A stretch of DNA of 64,000 nucleotides, from the IMG/VR virus record IMGVR_UViG_3300017963_000263; one strand, 5' to 3'. Below, piece after piece: positions 45,527 through 54,073 of the stretch. Under the pieces are notes generated by a model. That model saw nothing but the letters and a program-made list of their open reading frames with translations, was not told where the DNA came from and searched no databases. This DNA comes from an uncultured virus (IMG/VR IMGVR_UViG_3300017963_000263). Taxonomy: Duplodnaviria > Heunggongvirae > Uroviricota > Caudoviricetes. Position numbers and translations under genes: made by a program. The stretch's first letter is position 1; each line of letters begins with the position of its first letter.

Positions 45527-46591
45527 TTACGCTGTGAATTCAAACTCTCGCTGCAACAACCGCTCTTTTGCCGTGTCGCACCACTTTTGTTCTATGTCTA
45601 TCCCGATACCCCGCCGCCCAAAGTTCCGTGCCGCGCGTAGCGTGTTCCCCGAACCCATGAAGCAGTCAAGCACCGTCGCCCCCTCTCGGCTGCTGGTCTC
45701 GACGATGTGCTCCAACATGGCCAGCGGTTTTTCGCACGGGTGCTTGCCGGGGTAGTCTTGGACGGTGGGGAACGTCCACACGTCCGTGTAGGGGCGGTCA
45801 GGGGTGGCGTTGAATGGACGCCGTAGGTCTTCGTACTCACGCCGGAGGTCTTCGTACTCACGCCGTAGGTCTTCGTACTCGCGGCGGAGGTATTTCGGGC
45901 CGCTGCCGTTCATGGAGGGGTTGAGCACCTGCTGCAACCACTCATAAGCCCAGTCGCTTGGCAATTGCCATTGCACCTCGGAAAACCAATGTCCAGCCTG
46001 GCCCGTGACGGTACGGCTGCCGGTCTTCTTTTGAAATGCCTCCGCCACCCGTCGCGTCGTCCATCCCGCTTTATCCCGTTCCCCCGCCAGATACGCCCTC
46101 AACGGCTCGAACACGAACCCTCGCAACTCGTCGCACTTGACACCGTACCCCGCCTCCCCTTTGGCGTGGTTGTCGGCGTTGTAGTGCTCGGCGAATAGGA
46201 TGGTTTCCGAGGCCGGGAAAGGTGCCCGCAGTTCCTCCTTGACGAACATTTCCGCCTTGGTGCTGAACGGCGGCTTCTGCCAGCGGATATTGGTCAGCAG
46301 GTTGAACCGCCGCCTCACCTCCCCCTCAACACCCCACGCCATTTGAGGAGACGCGAACACATAGAGACTCCCGTTCGGCTTCAGCACCCGCTGCCACTCG
46401 TCACACAGCCGCCCTATCCATTCAAGGAACTGCTCGGGCTTGTTCCACTGCCGGTCCCACCATTCGCCCTTCACCTTGTAGTAGGGCGGGTCGGTGACGA
46501 TAAGGTCGACGGGTTCAAGGTGGGGCAGGATCTCCAGAGCGTCCTCGCAATAGATGGTTTGGCCGATGAGTTGGTGGTAGGGGGCTATCAT
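45527..46591 (-). CDS. DNA methyltransferase (N6A/N4C, beta class) with internal insertion
   Basis: TDPPY, HPCEKP, DCFMGSG. Confidence 0.95.
   Translation of the reverse strand: MIAPYHQLIGQTIYCEDALEILPHLEPVDLIVTDPPYYKVKGEWWDRQWNKPEQFLEWIGRLCDEWQRVLKPNGSLYVFASPQMAWGVEGEVRRRFNLLTNIRWQKPPFSTKAEMFVKEELRAPFPASETILFAEHYNADNHAKGEAGYGVKCDELRGFVFEPLRAYLAGERDKAGWTTRRVAEAFQKKTGSRTVTGQAGHWFSEVQWQLPSDWAYEWLQQVLNPSMNGSGPKYLRREYEDLRREYEDLRREYEDLRRPFNATPDRPYTDVWTFPTVQDYPGKHPCEKPLAMLEHIVETSSREGATVLDCFMGSGNTLRAARNFGRRGIGIDIEQKWCDTAKERLLQREFEFTA
45818..45890. repeat. 21-bp tandem repeat x3 encoding (RREYEDL)n
   Basis: ACGCCG(T/G)AGGTCTTCGTACTC units. Confidence 0.9.
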
Positions 46592-47232
46592 TCTGCCGGC
46601 GGCTCCAAACACTCGAACGTAATCTGTTCCACGTACTCACCGGCCCGCTCTAGGAATGCGTCCAGTTCGTCGGCGTGCCGGTAGCCGCGTTGACGGGCGA
46701 GTCGAGCCATTGTCAGAGCGTAACTATGCACCTCGCGTGCGAACCCGATAGACTCACGGGCCCGTCGCCGGGAACCGTTCTCCAGACCCGCCACGGCACC
46801 GCACACGTAGGCCGAGAGTTCATCCAACAGATAGAGCGGCTGCCGGTCCCATTCGCTCCAGGCCAGCATCACGCGGCCACCGATGCCCCGACGCCGCACC
46901 TCCGAGAGCGAGACGTTGGGCTCGGGCAGGACAAGCGCGCTCCCACCAGGGAGATAACTGGCGTTGACTTTGCCGGTGCCGCCGTGTCGGTTGCGGATGG
47001 CTGAATTGATGGCGTGCCCGAGGTAGTGTCCCCGTGTCACCACGTCGGACGAGTCGCCATAGAATGCCGCGTCTCGGGCCGATAGCCGCTCCCTTAGTTC
47101 CTCCAGCATCCCGCCCCGCATGGGCCGTACGGGCTCCACCTCGTAGAGTTCGCCGAATAGCGGGGTGGCCAGCCAGAACGCCAAGATCCAGGCCAACAAC
47201 GCACCGAGGATGTCACGCCACCAACCGTTCAC
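46588..47232 (-). CDS. Exported protein, possibly a degenerate zincin
   Basis: Signal/TM; HYLGH plus DELSAY. Confidence 0.5.
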   Translation of the reverse strand: MNGWWRDILGALLAWILAFWLATPLFGELYEVEPVRPMRGGMLEELRERLSARDAAFYGDSSDVVTRGHYLGHAINSAIRNRHGGTGKVNASYLPGGSALVLPEPNVSLSEVRRRGIGGRVMLAWSEWDRQPLYLLDELSAYVCGAVAGLENGSRRRARESIGFAREVHSYALTMARLARQRGYRHADELDAFLERAGEYVEQITFECLEPPAE

Positions 47233-47684
47233 AGCCGCTTCTCCTCGTTCATGGCGTATTCGGTAACGGGGGAAGCGGGACCTTCGCCGTGGATGCGCTT
47301 CAGGGCGGCGATTCGCTCAAGACTGCGATGGATGCTCCTCTCCTCTTTTTCGACTGCCGCATCAAGCGTTTCCACCTCAATAGTAAGCGGGCATCCGGAT
47401 GGAAACTTCTGTTCAATTTCCTGTACGAAACGCACCAGTTCCGCCCGAGGAGTCGCGTCCCGATAGCCGGACAAAGTGACTGTCAGGTGCCCATCCCCGC
47501 CGCCTACCGTGCCGCCGACTTCTGCTCGATCCATGATGTAGCGTCCGATAGCATCACAGTCCGCCCTCGTGCCCCAACCTGATTCATAAATCACCCACGG
47601 CTGGTGCTCTGGTTGCGACTGATGCCCCGCGCACCCCACCATCCCCGCCAGGCACACCACCATGAGTCCCGCAAAGGCTTTCAT
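47229..47684 (-). CDS. Putative lipoprotein
   Basis: MKAFAGLMVVCLAGMVGC. Confidence 0.55.
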   Translation of the reverse strand: MKAFAGLMVVCLAGMVGCAGHQSQPEHQPWVIYESGWGTRADCDAIGRYIMDRAEVGGTVGGGDGHLTVTLSGYRDATPRAELVRFVQEIEQKFPSGCPLTIEVETLDAAVEKEERSIHRSLERIAALKRIHGEGPASPVTEYAMNEEKRL

Positions 47685-48013
47685 TCGTCCGCCTCCCCCC
47701 TGAAGTACACGTTCCGCCCGTCCCATCGGGCCAATAGCTTGCTGGCCAACCGTCGGCTCCGCCGATCTGATGAGCGCGCCAACGTAGCGAGATCGCGACG
47801 AAACGCCTCCAGCACCAGAATCCGCAGGCTACACAGGGCCGCCGCCAATTGCACGCGGCTAATGCAAAAGTCCCACTCAGGGTGAGGGGGCATAACACCC
47901 GACCAACTCCAGTTCACCCTGACACCACCGTCGCCATCTTTCGTCACCCGAAAGCGTCCGCAGGGGGGACCGTGGCGGGTGAGGCTATCCGTAATCGCAG
48001 CTGCCCTTGTCAT
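47681..48013 (-). CDS. Hypothetical protein
   Basis: ATGA coupling on both sides. Confidence 0.5.
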   Translation of the reverse strand: MTRAAAITDSLTRHGPPCGRFRVTKDGDGGVRVNWSWSGVMPPHPEWDFCISRVQLAAALCSLRILVLEAFRRDLATLARSSDRRSRRLASKLLARWDGRNVYFRGEADE

Positions 48014-48228
48014 TCGTCCGGCCCCTTCGCTGCTGCGCTTTTTCTAGCCAAATCTCGGACGCCACAAACAATACACACCACGCCGTAGGCGGCTGTAATT
48101 ACTACCAGCAGCAAGTCCCAGTGGTCCCCGCCCGGGCCGAATTCGCCGTCGCCCCAAATCGCCCACGCCCACCAGGCGGAGGCTAGGGCTGCGCCGAACA
48201 ACGGACCGATTAGGGCCTTAGCGAGCAT
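48010..48228 (-). CDS. Small two-TM membrane protein
   Basis: Hydrophobicity. Confidence 0.55.
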   Translation of the reverse strand: MLAKALIGPLFGAALASAWWAWAIWGDGEFGPGGDHWDLLLVVITAAYGVVCIVCGVRDLARKSAAAKGPDE

Positions 48229-48672
48229 TCCCTCACCCTCCCCACCAGCGAAACAGACTCACCAGTCCCCACACCACCAGCCCAGACGAAACGACTACGG
48301 CAGCAGCGCAGGCAAGGAAAACCAGGGGCCTCCATACCAGAGCCGCCACCACGGCGAACAACGCACGGCGGAAATCGTCTCGATAGGGATCAGTCACGGC
48401 GTACTCTCCCCGGTTCGGAGTCTCAGTTCCCGCCCCTCCAGCATGTTGGGGCGGCCCGATTGCTTGATGAGTTCGGCGGCAGACGCCGGGCGGCAGAGGC
48501 CGCTAAGAATGCTCCAGCGCAACGGCGGCAGGCCACGAGAACACAGGGCCTTTAGGTCGCAGTTGTCGGCAATGATGGATCGCTGGTTAGTCACGGCGCA
48601 CCCTCCCCGAAGAATTCACACGAGGGGCCCACCCCAAGCAGAGAAACCGCACAGACACTAATTCGGGGGGGG

Positions 48673-48764
48673 CAAGAAAAAGACAAGGGACGCTCAGCTC
48701 ACCAGCGGTTGGTGGCACAGCGTCCCCTCGCCCGCTATTGTAACCTTTGGGGCGGGACTGTCAA
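48673..48764 (-). promoter_or_regulatory. Promoter TTGACA-16-TACAAT followed by a short hairpin-terminated leader
   Basis: Hexamers 48759-48764 and 48737-48742; GGGACGCT/AGCGTCCC stem then TTGTCTTTTTCTT. Confidence 0.6.
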
Positions 48765-48844
48765 CCCAAAAGATAGGCCCGGCCGGCGGGTGGTACAGTG
48801 AGGGAACACTGCGCCTTGGTGTCCGCTCGGCCGGGCCGTGTTCA

Positions 48845-49108
48845 TTAGTACGCCCACGAGCCCCGGTCGCTTCCGCACACGATACGGCCAGGCACGTCTT
48901 CGTCCATTCCGGCAGGCAGCGGTATCTGAGGGAGGCCGTAGGCGTCGCAGGCCACTATCGGGGAACTCAGGTCCCACTCACGCACAACAGGCACGCCCGG
49001 ATCTCCGCTCCGCCGCCCGCTGGCAATGCCGAGGGCAAACATTAGTCGCCCCTTGTCCAGTTCGTCCCACTCGTCGGGCCACTCGATCTCGAACACCTTT
49101 ACCGCCAT
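48845..49108 (-). CDS. Hypothetical protein
   Basis: AGGAGAG RBS. Confidence 0.55.
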   Translation of the reverse strand: MAVKVFEIEWPDEWDELDKGRLMFALGIASGRRSGDPGVPVVREWDLSSPIVACDAYGLPQIPLPAGMDEDVPGRIVCGSDRGSWAY

Positions 49109-49151
49109 ATCGGCTCTCCTTTCATTCTCGTCCCGCTCGGCCGGGCCGTGT

Positions 49152-49748
49152 TCATAGGTCAGCGCCGCCGTTGTGCTCGAACCCCGTCAAATGCCCCGTA
49201 CCCTCCCGCTCCATCCACGCTGGCCGCTCCGTGTCCGCCAGCCCCAGCCACGCGGCCTCTTGCCGAAACGACGAACGAGCCAACTGCCAGTCCCATACCG
49301 GCTCTGGCTGCTTGCCCCCATTCTGAAGCCACTCCCACTCGGCATCGCCAACAACCTGATCTATCTTCTTGACTTGCGGCTTGTGGAACGAGCCAATCGG
49401 CAACCCAAACCGCAGGCACACCGCCTCGCCAACCCGGAACTCCAGCCACCGAAACGCTTCCATTTCGTCCAGGTGTTTCAAGTCGCACACCATCTCGCCA
49501 ACGTACGCCTCGGCCGCGTCGTGCAAGAGAAGCATCTTGGCAAATTCCTTGTCTCCGTCTCGCCCAATAGCTAGCCGAACGTTGACGGAGTGCTGCGCCA
49601 CTGAATAGGGCACGATGCCCCGGCCACCGAAACGGGTGAGTTGCCCGAGGGCGTGGGCGATGTCGTCCAGTTCAATCAGCGCCGGGTCGGGACGCAGGAG
49701 GTTGAACCGATTGCCCGAGGGGTACATTGTGATTGTTCCGGGGGCCAT
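49152..49748 (-). CDS. HD-domain phosphohydrolase (YfbR-like)
   Basis: DIAHAL...RF.G...YSVAQHSV...LLHDAAEAY. Confidence 0.9.
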   Translation of the reverse strand: MAPGTITMYPSGNRFNLLRPDPALIELDDIAHALGQLTRFGGRGIVPYSVAQHSVNVRLAIGRDGDKEFAKMLLLHDAAEAYVGEMVCDLKHLDEMEAFRWLEFRVGEAVCLRFGLPIGSFHKPQVKKIDQVVGDAEWEWLQNGGKQPEPVWDWQLARSSFRQEAAWLGLADTERPAWMEREGTGHLTGFEHNGGADL

Positions 49749-49798
49749 TCGCTGCACTCCTTTTCGTTGTCTCGGGGGCAATTACGTGGCTTGCGTAA

Positions 49799-50131
49799 TC
49801 ACGTTTTCGGTTTCAGTTCCACACCAAAATACTCCGCCAACAGACTCGCGGTGCGCATGTTTAGCCCTTGCTCACCACGTAGCCAGCGGACGAGACTCGA
49901 CTTGTCTATGCCCGCATCGCGTTCAAAGGCATAGCCTGTCACGCCCGCTTCTCTCGCCTTCATCACCAGGGCCCGCAACTGCCTATCCAGCACGTTGCCC
50001 GAACGCGCCCTGAGCCACCGCGCCCTTGCCCTGGAGTCTATTGGTGGCGGCTCCTCGGCCATGCACTTTGCAAGTTCAGCCGCTATCTCGTCGGCTGATA
50101 TTCTGTTTCGCTTATTTCGTTTACATGCCAT
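49799..50131 (-). CDS. HTH protein
   Basis: GYAFERDAGIDKSSLVRWLRGE..L....A..LA..FG. Confidence 0.7.
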   Translation of the reverse strand: MACKRNKRNRISADEIAAELAKCMAEEPPPIDSRARARWLRARSGNVLDRQLRALVMKAREAGVTGYAFERDAGIDKSSLVRWLRGEQGLNMRTASLLAEYFGVELKPKT

Positions 50132-51026
50132 AGTTCGCGCTCTCTATTGCTGGCCTGTCGATCTTCCAGAGCTTGTGGCGGGTGTATACGTCTTCGTCGC
50201 CAGCCCTCACGAGGGTGCCGCCTATTTGGGGCTGTGTCTGTCTCGCCCCGGCCACCTTGTAGACAAAAGGGGTCTTCAGTTGCCAACCGGCCGTGGTGCA
50301 GGCTGTAGCGAAGCCCTTATAGGACTGGATGCGGGTCTCGACGTTTCGGTGTCGATGGCTGCGGACTATCACGTCCGGGATCTCGTCATTCCACCGACCC
50401 GCCTCCACGAACGACTGCTCCATCTCTTTCTGCACCGCCGTCGTTTCGTAGGCCAGGCTCCCCGCCGTGCCGATGTGGTGCATGATGTGGACTAGGCCGG
50501 GCTCGCTTTTCGCGCCCAATTTGAACCACAACTCCCACCGCGCGTGGTTGCCCTCCGCGTCCGGCTTGGCTCCCAGTTCTTCAGCAAGCGTCTCCTCTTC
50601 CTGGCCGCTTGGGCCAACATGGGCCTCGGTCCCGCGAATGTGGTAGTACCTGCCTTCGCACAACTCGACAACCGGCTTGAGCAGGGCAAGGGCAATGCGG
50701 CGTTGGTCGGAAAGGTTCTGCGATACTTGCGTTACAGATCCGTGGTGTTTTCCGTCAATGGCATCCCCATTGTTCACCACGGCGAACGGCTCGCCGCGCG
50801 TCACCTGCGGCACCCACACGCCCCAGAATGTCTCCCACCAGCCGTAGACTATTTTCTGAAGTCGAGACGGCCAGTAAGTGCCACCCCCGTCAAGTGCCAC
50901 AGGCCCCGGCGGACAGAGCCCAAACCGACAACCGCAGTGCTGGTCCGAGATGACGATGAGGTTGGATATCGGCGTCGGCTTCCGCTTCACCCGCCCTGGT
51001 TTCTTCGCCGTTCGTTTTTTGGCCAT
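50121..51026 (-). CDS. Calcineurin-like metallophosphoesterase
   Basis: ISDQHCG, NGDAIDG, RGTEAH, RSHRH. Confidence 0.85.
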   Translation of the reverse strand: MAKKRTAKKPGRVKRKPTPISNLIVISDQHCGCRFGLCPPGPVALDGGGTYWPSRLQKIVYGWWETFWGVWVPQVTRGEPFAVVNNGDAIDGKHHGSVTQVSQNLSDQRRIALALLKPVVELCEGRYYHIRGTEAHVGPSGQEEETLAEELGAKPDAEGNHARWELWFKLGAKSEPGLVHIMHHIGTAGSLAYETTAVQKEMEQSFVEAGRWNDEIPDVIVRSHRHRNVETRIQSYKGFATACTTAGWQLKTPFVYKVAGARQTQPQIGGTLVRAGDEDVYTRHKLWKIDRPAIESANYGM

Positions 51027-51340
51027 TACGCTTCCCCTTTCAGCCAGTGTAAATAGGCTTCAAACACCTTGCCCCTTGCCGCCTCGAACCACTCCCCGTG
51101 ATCGTCCACGTCCATGCCCCACGCCAGCGCGTGGGAGTATTCGTGCAGCAGCACCCCGAGGGCTGCATCTGTTTCGATATGCCGCTCCACGCGAATGTAG
51201 AACCGCTTGTCGCCTCACGTGCAGTCGCCCCGTGACTGGTCTCGCCGTGGCATCTTGGACAACCGTACCGACACTGGAAACACGGTAGGGACGTGCTCCC
51301 GTAGGTGCCTGGCAAGGCTGTGTATGCGTCGTGCGTCCAT
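51026..51340 (-). pseudogene. SprT-like zinc metalloprotease interrupted by an in-frame TGA
   Basis: MDARRIHSL...GDCT*GDKRFYIRV...LLHEYSHALAW...DHGEWF; TGA at 51215-51217; TAATG-coupled to the next gene. Confidence 0.65.
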
Positions 51341-51344
51341 CACA

Positions 51345-51683
51345 TCACCCCAGCTTGATCCTGTTCATTGCCGCGGCCTCCAGTTCACCGTACCCGCATT
51401 CCGGGCAGGGTGTGTATTGTTTGCCGTCTGTCCACTCGTGCCGGCACAGTGGGCAGGCGTGGTGGTATCGGCCCGTGTGTCCTACCTCCCCCCGCCAGCG
51501 ACGATGACACCACAGCCGCGCAAGGCGCTCGGCAGGGGTTTCGTCGCTGTCGCTTTCTTCGAGGTGCACCCGGTCCAGGCGGCGGCATTTCTGGCAAAAC
51601 AGAAATGCCACAGAGCGCTTTTGGCCGCCGCACTTGGGGCAGATGCCGGGGGGCGTGGTCTTTATCGTGGCAAGCGACATCAC
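51345..51683 (-). CDS. Zinc-finger protein
   Basis: CPKC, CQKC, CPLC, CPEC. Confidence 0.6.
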   Translation of the reverse strand: MMSLATIKTTPPGICPKCGGQKRSVAFLFCQKCRRLDRVHLEESDSDETPAERLARLWCHRRWRGEVGHTGRYHHACPLCRHEWTDGKQYTPCPECGYGELEAAAMNRIKLG

Positions 51684-51837
51684 TTCTCCTTAACCCAAAT
51701 GAACGGCCCGCTCTCCATCCGAATCATCCGCAAGCAGGCCGTGCAGACGTGATATATTTTGCCGTCCCCGCGGCGCTCGACTATGTGCGGAGCCAACTCG
51801 CCGCAGAATTGACATGGGGGATAGCTGGTCAAGACTA

Positions 51838-52110
51838 TCATGTCACCACCTTGTGGACCAACTCATTCGCAATAACAATCGAGAAGAAGAACACTGCCAG
51901 CACGGTAATCGTGAGGACGTAAATGGCGATCTCTATCCGTCCCAGTTTTCTCAGGACGTCCTCGGGCGTCGGCTCACTATCAGCCTGTTTCCCGGCCCAC
52001 GCCATCGCCTCAGCTTGATGCGGAAACGTCTCCACAAGCGTGCCGTCTATGGTATAGACGCCCCAGCCCTTTCCGTAGGTGAGGCGGCGAATTCTGTAGT
52101 CAGCCATCAT
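51838..52110 (-). CDS. Small protein with C-terminal TM
   Basis: AAGGAG RBS. Confidence 0.6.
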   Translation of the reverse strand: MMADYRIRRLTYGKGWGVYTIDGTLVETFPHQAEAMAWAGKQADSEPTPEDVLRKLGRIEIAIYVLTITVLAVFFFSIVIANELVHKVVT

Positions 52111-52151
52111 TTCTCCTTTCGTCCCCAGCCAGGCCCGGCGGGGTTAGGGGG

Positions 52152-52877
52152 TTAGGCATCGTCTTCTCCAAACGGCAGCACGCCCTGACGGAGGCGCTCT
52201 ACGGCTATGTCGCAGTACGCTTTTTCAGCTTCAATCAGCACACATCGCGTATTCATGTCCTGGCACGCCTCGCCCGTTGTTCCACTCCCGGCGAAGGGGT
52301 CCACAATCAGATCCGTTTGCTCTGACCACCACTTCACCAGCCAGCAAACGTGTTGGGGCTTTCTTGGGCACGGATGCGACGACTTGTAGCCGTTCCTTGC
52401 TGTCGGCAGGCACCGCCCCGGAATGACACGGCGGCCGGGAGCGGAGGGTGGCGGCTCGCCGTACAAGTACGCCACATCCGACGTATACAGGAGCCGTCCC
52501 TTGTAATGCGGTGGAACATACTCCAGCCAGCAGACGCGAAAGAACGCAAGGCGAGGCGGAACACACGACATCAACATGGGGTCTGTGTCACACCCCATCT
52601 GGACCGCTAGTCGCTTCACCGACCCAGGCAGTGCTTTACACATCTCGCCGAACAACTCAAATGGGCGGTCGCTACCAAGTAGCGGCACACTGGCGTTGGG
52701 CCATACGGGATCTGTCACGATGGTATCCGGCTCCAACAGCGGCAGGACCTCCCTACAGTCGGCATGGTACAGAGTAATCCCGTCCTTGCACTTGCACGGC
52801 TGCGACTTGCAGCGGTAGCAGGGGGGAAGCGTTGAGAGCTTCGCCCGGCGTTCAGGATCGGGGGTGGGGTTAGTCAT
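52152..52877 (-). CDS. DNA methyltransferase (N6A/N4C)
   Basis: TDPVW (variant of DPPY), HPCPRK, DPFAGSGTT. Confidence 0.85.
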   Translation of the reverse strand: MTNPTPDPERRAKLSTLPPCYRCKSQPCKCKDGITLYHADCREVLPLLEPDTIVTDPVWPNASVPLLGSDRPFELFGEMCKALPGSVKRLAVQMGCDTDPMLMSCVPPRLAFFRVCWLEYVPPHYKGRLLYTSDVAYLYGEPPPSAPGRRVIPGRCLPTARNGYKSSHPCPRKPQHVCWLVKWWSEQTDLIVDPFAGSGTTGEACQDMNTRCVLIEAEKAYCDIAVERLRQGVLPFGEDDA

Positions 52878-53173
52878 TCGTCTTCTCCAAACGGCAACAC
52901 GCCCTTCGCCTGCCGTTTCGCAATATCGTAGGGGTCCAGCCCGTACAGCCGTGCGGCTTTTGCGAGGAGCGAAAACGTAGGAAAGTTGCGTCCTCGCTCG
53001 ACGTTGCACAAGTGGACGTTCGACACGCCCAGGCGTTCCGCCGCATGTGTTTGCGTCAGTTCAGCCATTACCCGTGAGATCCTGAATCCACGCCCAAGTG
53101 CTGTCCGCAATTCCTCGCAGGACAGCGAAGCAAGATCACGCGGACTGTCGCGGTCGTCTTTGGGTATCGTCAT
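52874..53173 (-). CDS. XRE-family HTH protein
   Basis: LTQTHAAERLGVSNVHLCNVERG...P. Confidence 0.85.
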   Translation of the reverse strand: MTIPKDDRDSPRDLASLSCEELRTALGRGFRISRVMAELTQTHAAERLGVSNVHLCNVERGRNFPTFSLLAKAARLYGLDPYDIAKRQAKGVLPFGEDE

Positions 53174-53212
53174 TGTTTCACCGCCCGGCGCTCAGTATCG
53201 GGGGTTGGTTGG

Positions 53213-54073
53213 TCAGTCATCGTCTTCTCCAAACGGCAGCACGCCCTGACGTAGGCGCTCTACGGCTGTCTGGCAGTATTTCTCTTCGATCTCGATGCCA
53301 ATGCAGCGGCGGCCTAAGTCCTTGGCGGCGCGGAGGGTTGTGCCGGAACCCATGAAGGGGTCGATGCAAAGCCCGTCCGGCGGTACCATTGCGGCAATAT
53401 GTTTTCGGATAATCCCGAGCGGCTTTTGTGTTGGGTGGTCGCACTTTCCGGGTTGACCATATCGGTAACTGTCAGCAACCCAGACGTTGCGGCGTTTAGT
53501 ATTTTCATCACAAAACCAGGGGGACTTGCGGTATCCGTAATAAGCAAGCTCAAAGGCTGATGGCCACCAATTGCCGGGGCATGCCGGCGGCGGGCACGCC
53601 TTGACCCATGCTGCCGGTTTCACAACAAAGCCCGCCCGCCTTGCTGGTTCTGCGTATCGTTCAGCCGAGTCGAAGCCAACCCACACAAAGCAGGACGCCG
53701 TCGGCCTGCATAGTCTGAACGCCGAAGTCAAGCCGCTTCGCACGTCATCAACGATGACTTGTGTATCCCACTCGAATTGCAGCCTACGGTTCCCGTCCAG
53801 GCGGTTCTGTGAACCAAACTGGTTGACAATCCCATACGGCGGATCGGCATACACCACATCCACACTCCCCTCCTCCAGCAGAGGCAGGATGTCCCGGCAG
53901 TCGGCGTGGTATATCGTGCAGCCGTCCTTGCAAACGCACGGCTGCGAACGGCAGCGGTAGCAGGGGGGGAGGGTTGAGAGCCCCGGCGTTACCCCCTTTC
54001 CGGGGTCTTGCTCGGTCAGGGGGCTTAACGGGGAGTCACCACCCGCCGCCGGGGTATTCGGTCGAGTGTTCAT
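53213..54073 (-). CDS. DNA methyltransferase (N6A/N4C)
   Basis: ADPPY, HPTQKP, DPFMGSGTT. Confidence 0.95.
   Translation of the reverse strand: MNTRPNTPAAGGDSPLSPLTEQDPGKGVTPGLSTLPPCYRCRSQPCVCKDGCTIYHADCRDILPLLEEGSVDVVYADPPYGIVNQFGSQNRLDGNRRLQFEWDTQVIVDDVRSGLTSAFRLCRPTASCFVWVGFDSAERYAEPARRAGFVVKPAAWVKACPPPACPGNWWPSAFELAYYGYRKSPWFCDENTKRRNVWVADSYRYGQPGKCDHPTQKPLGIIRKHIAAMVPPDGLCIDPFMGSGTTLRAAKDLGRRCIGIEIEEKYCQTAVERLRQGVLPFGEDDD

Noticed and set aside
49152..49748. DatZ of a Z-base (diaminopurine) genome pathway
   Set aside because: It is an HD hydrolase, but no PurZ or dedicated polymerase is seen in the window.
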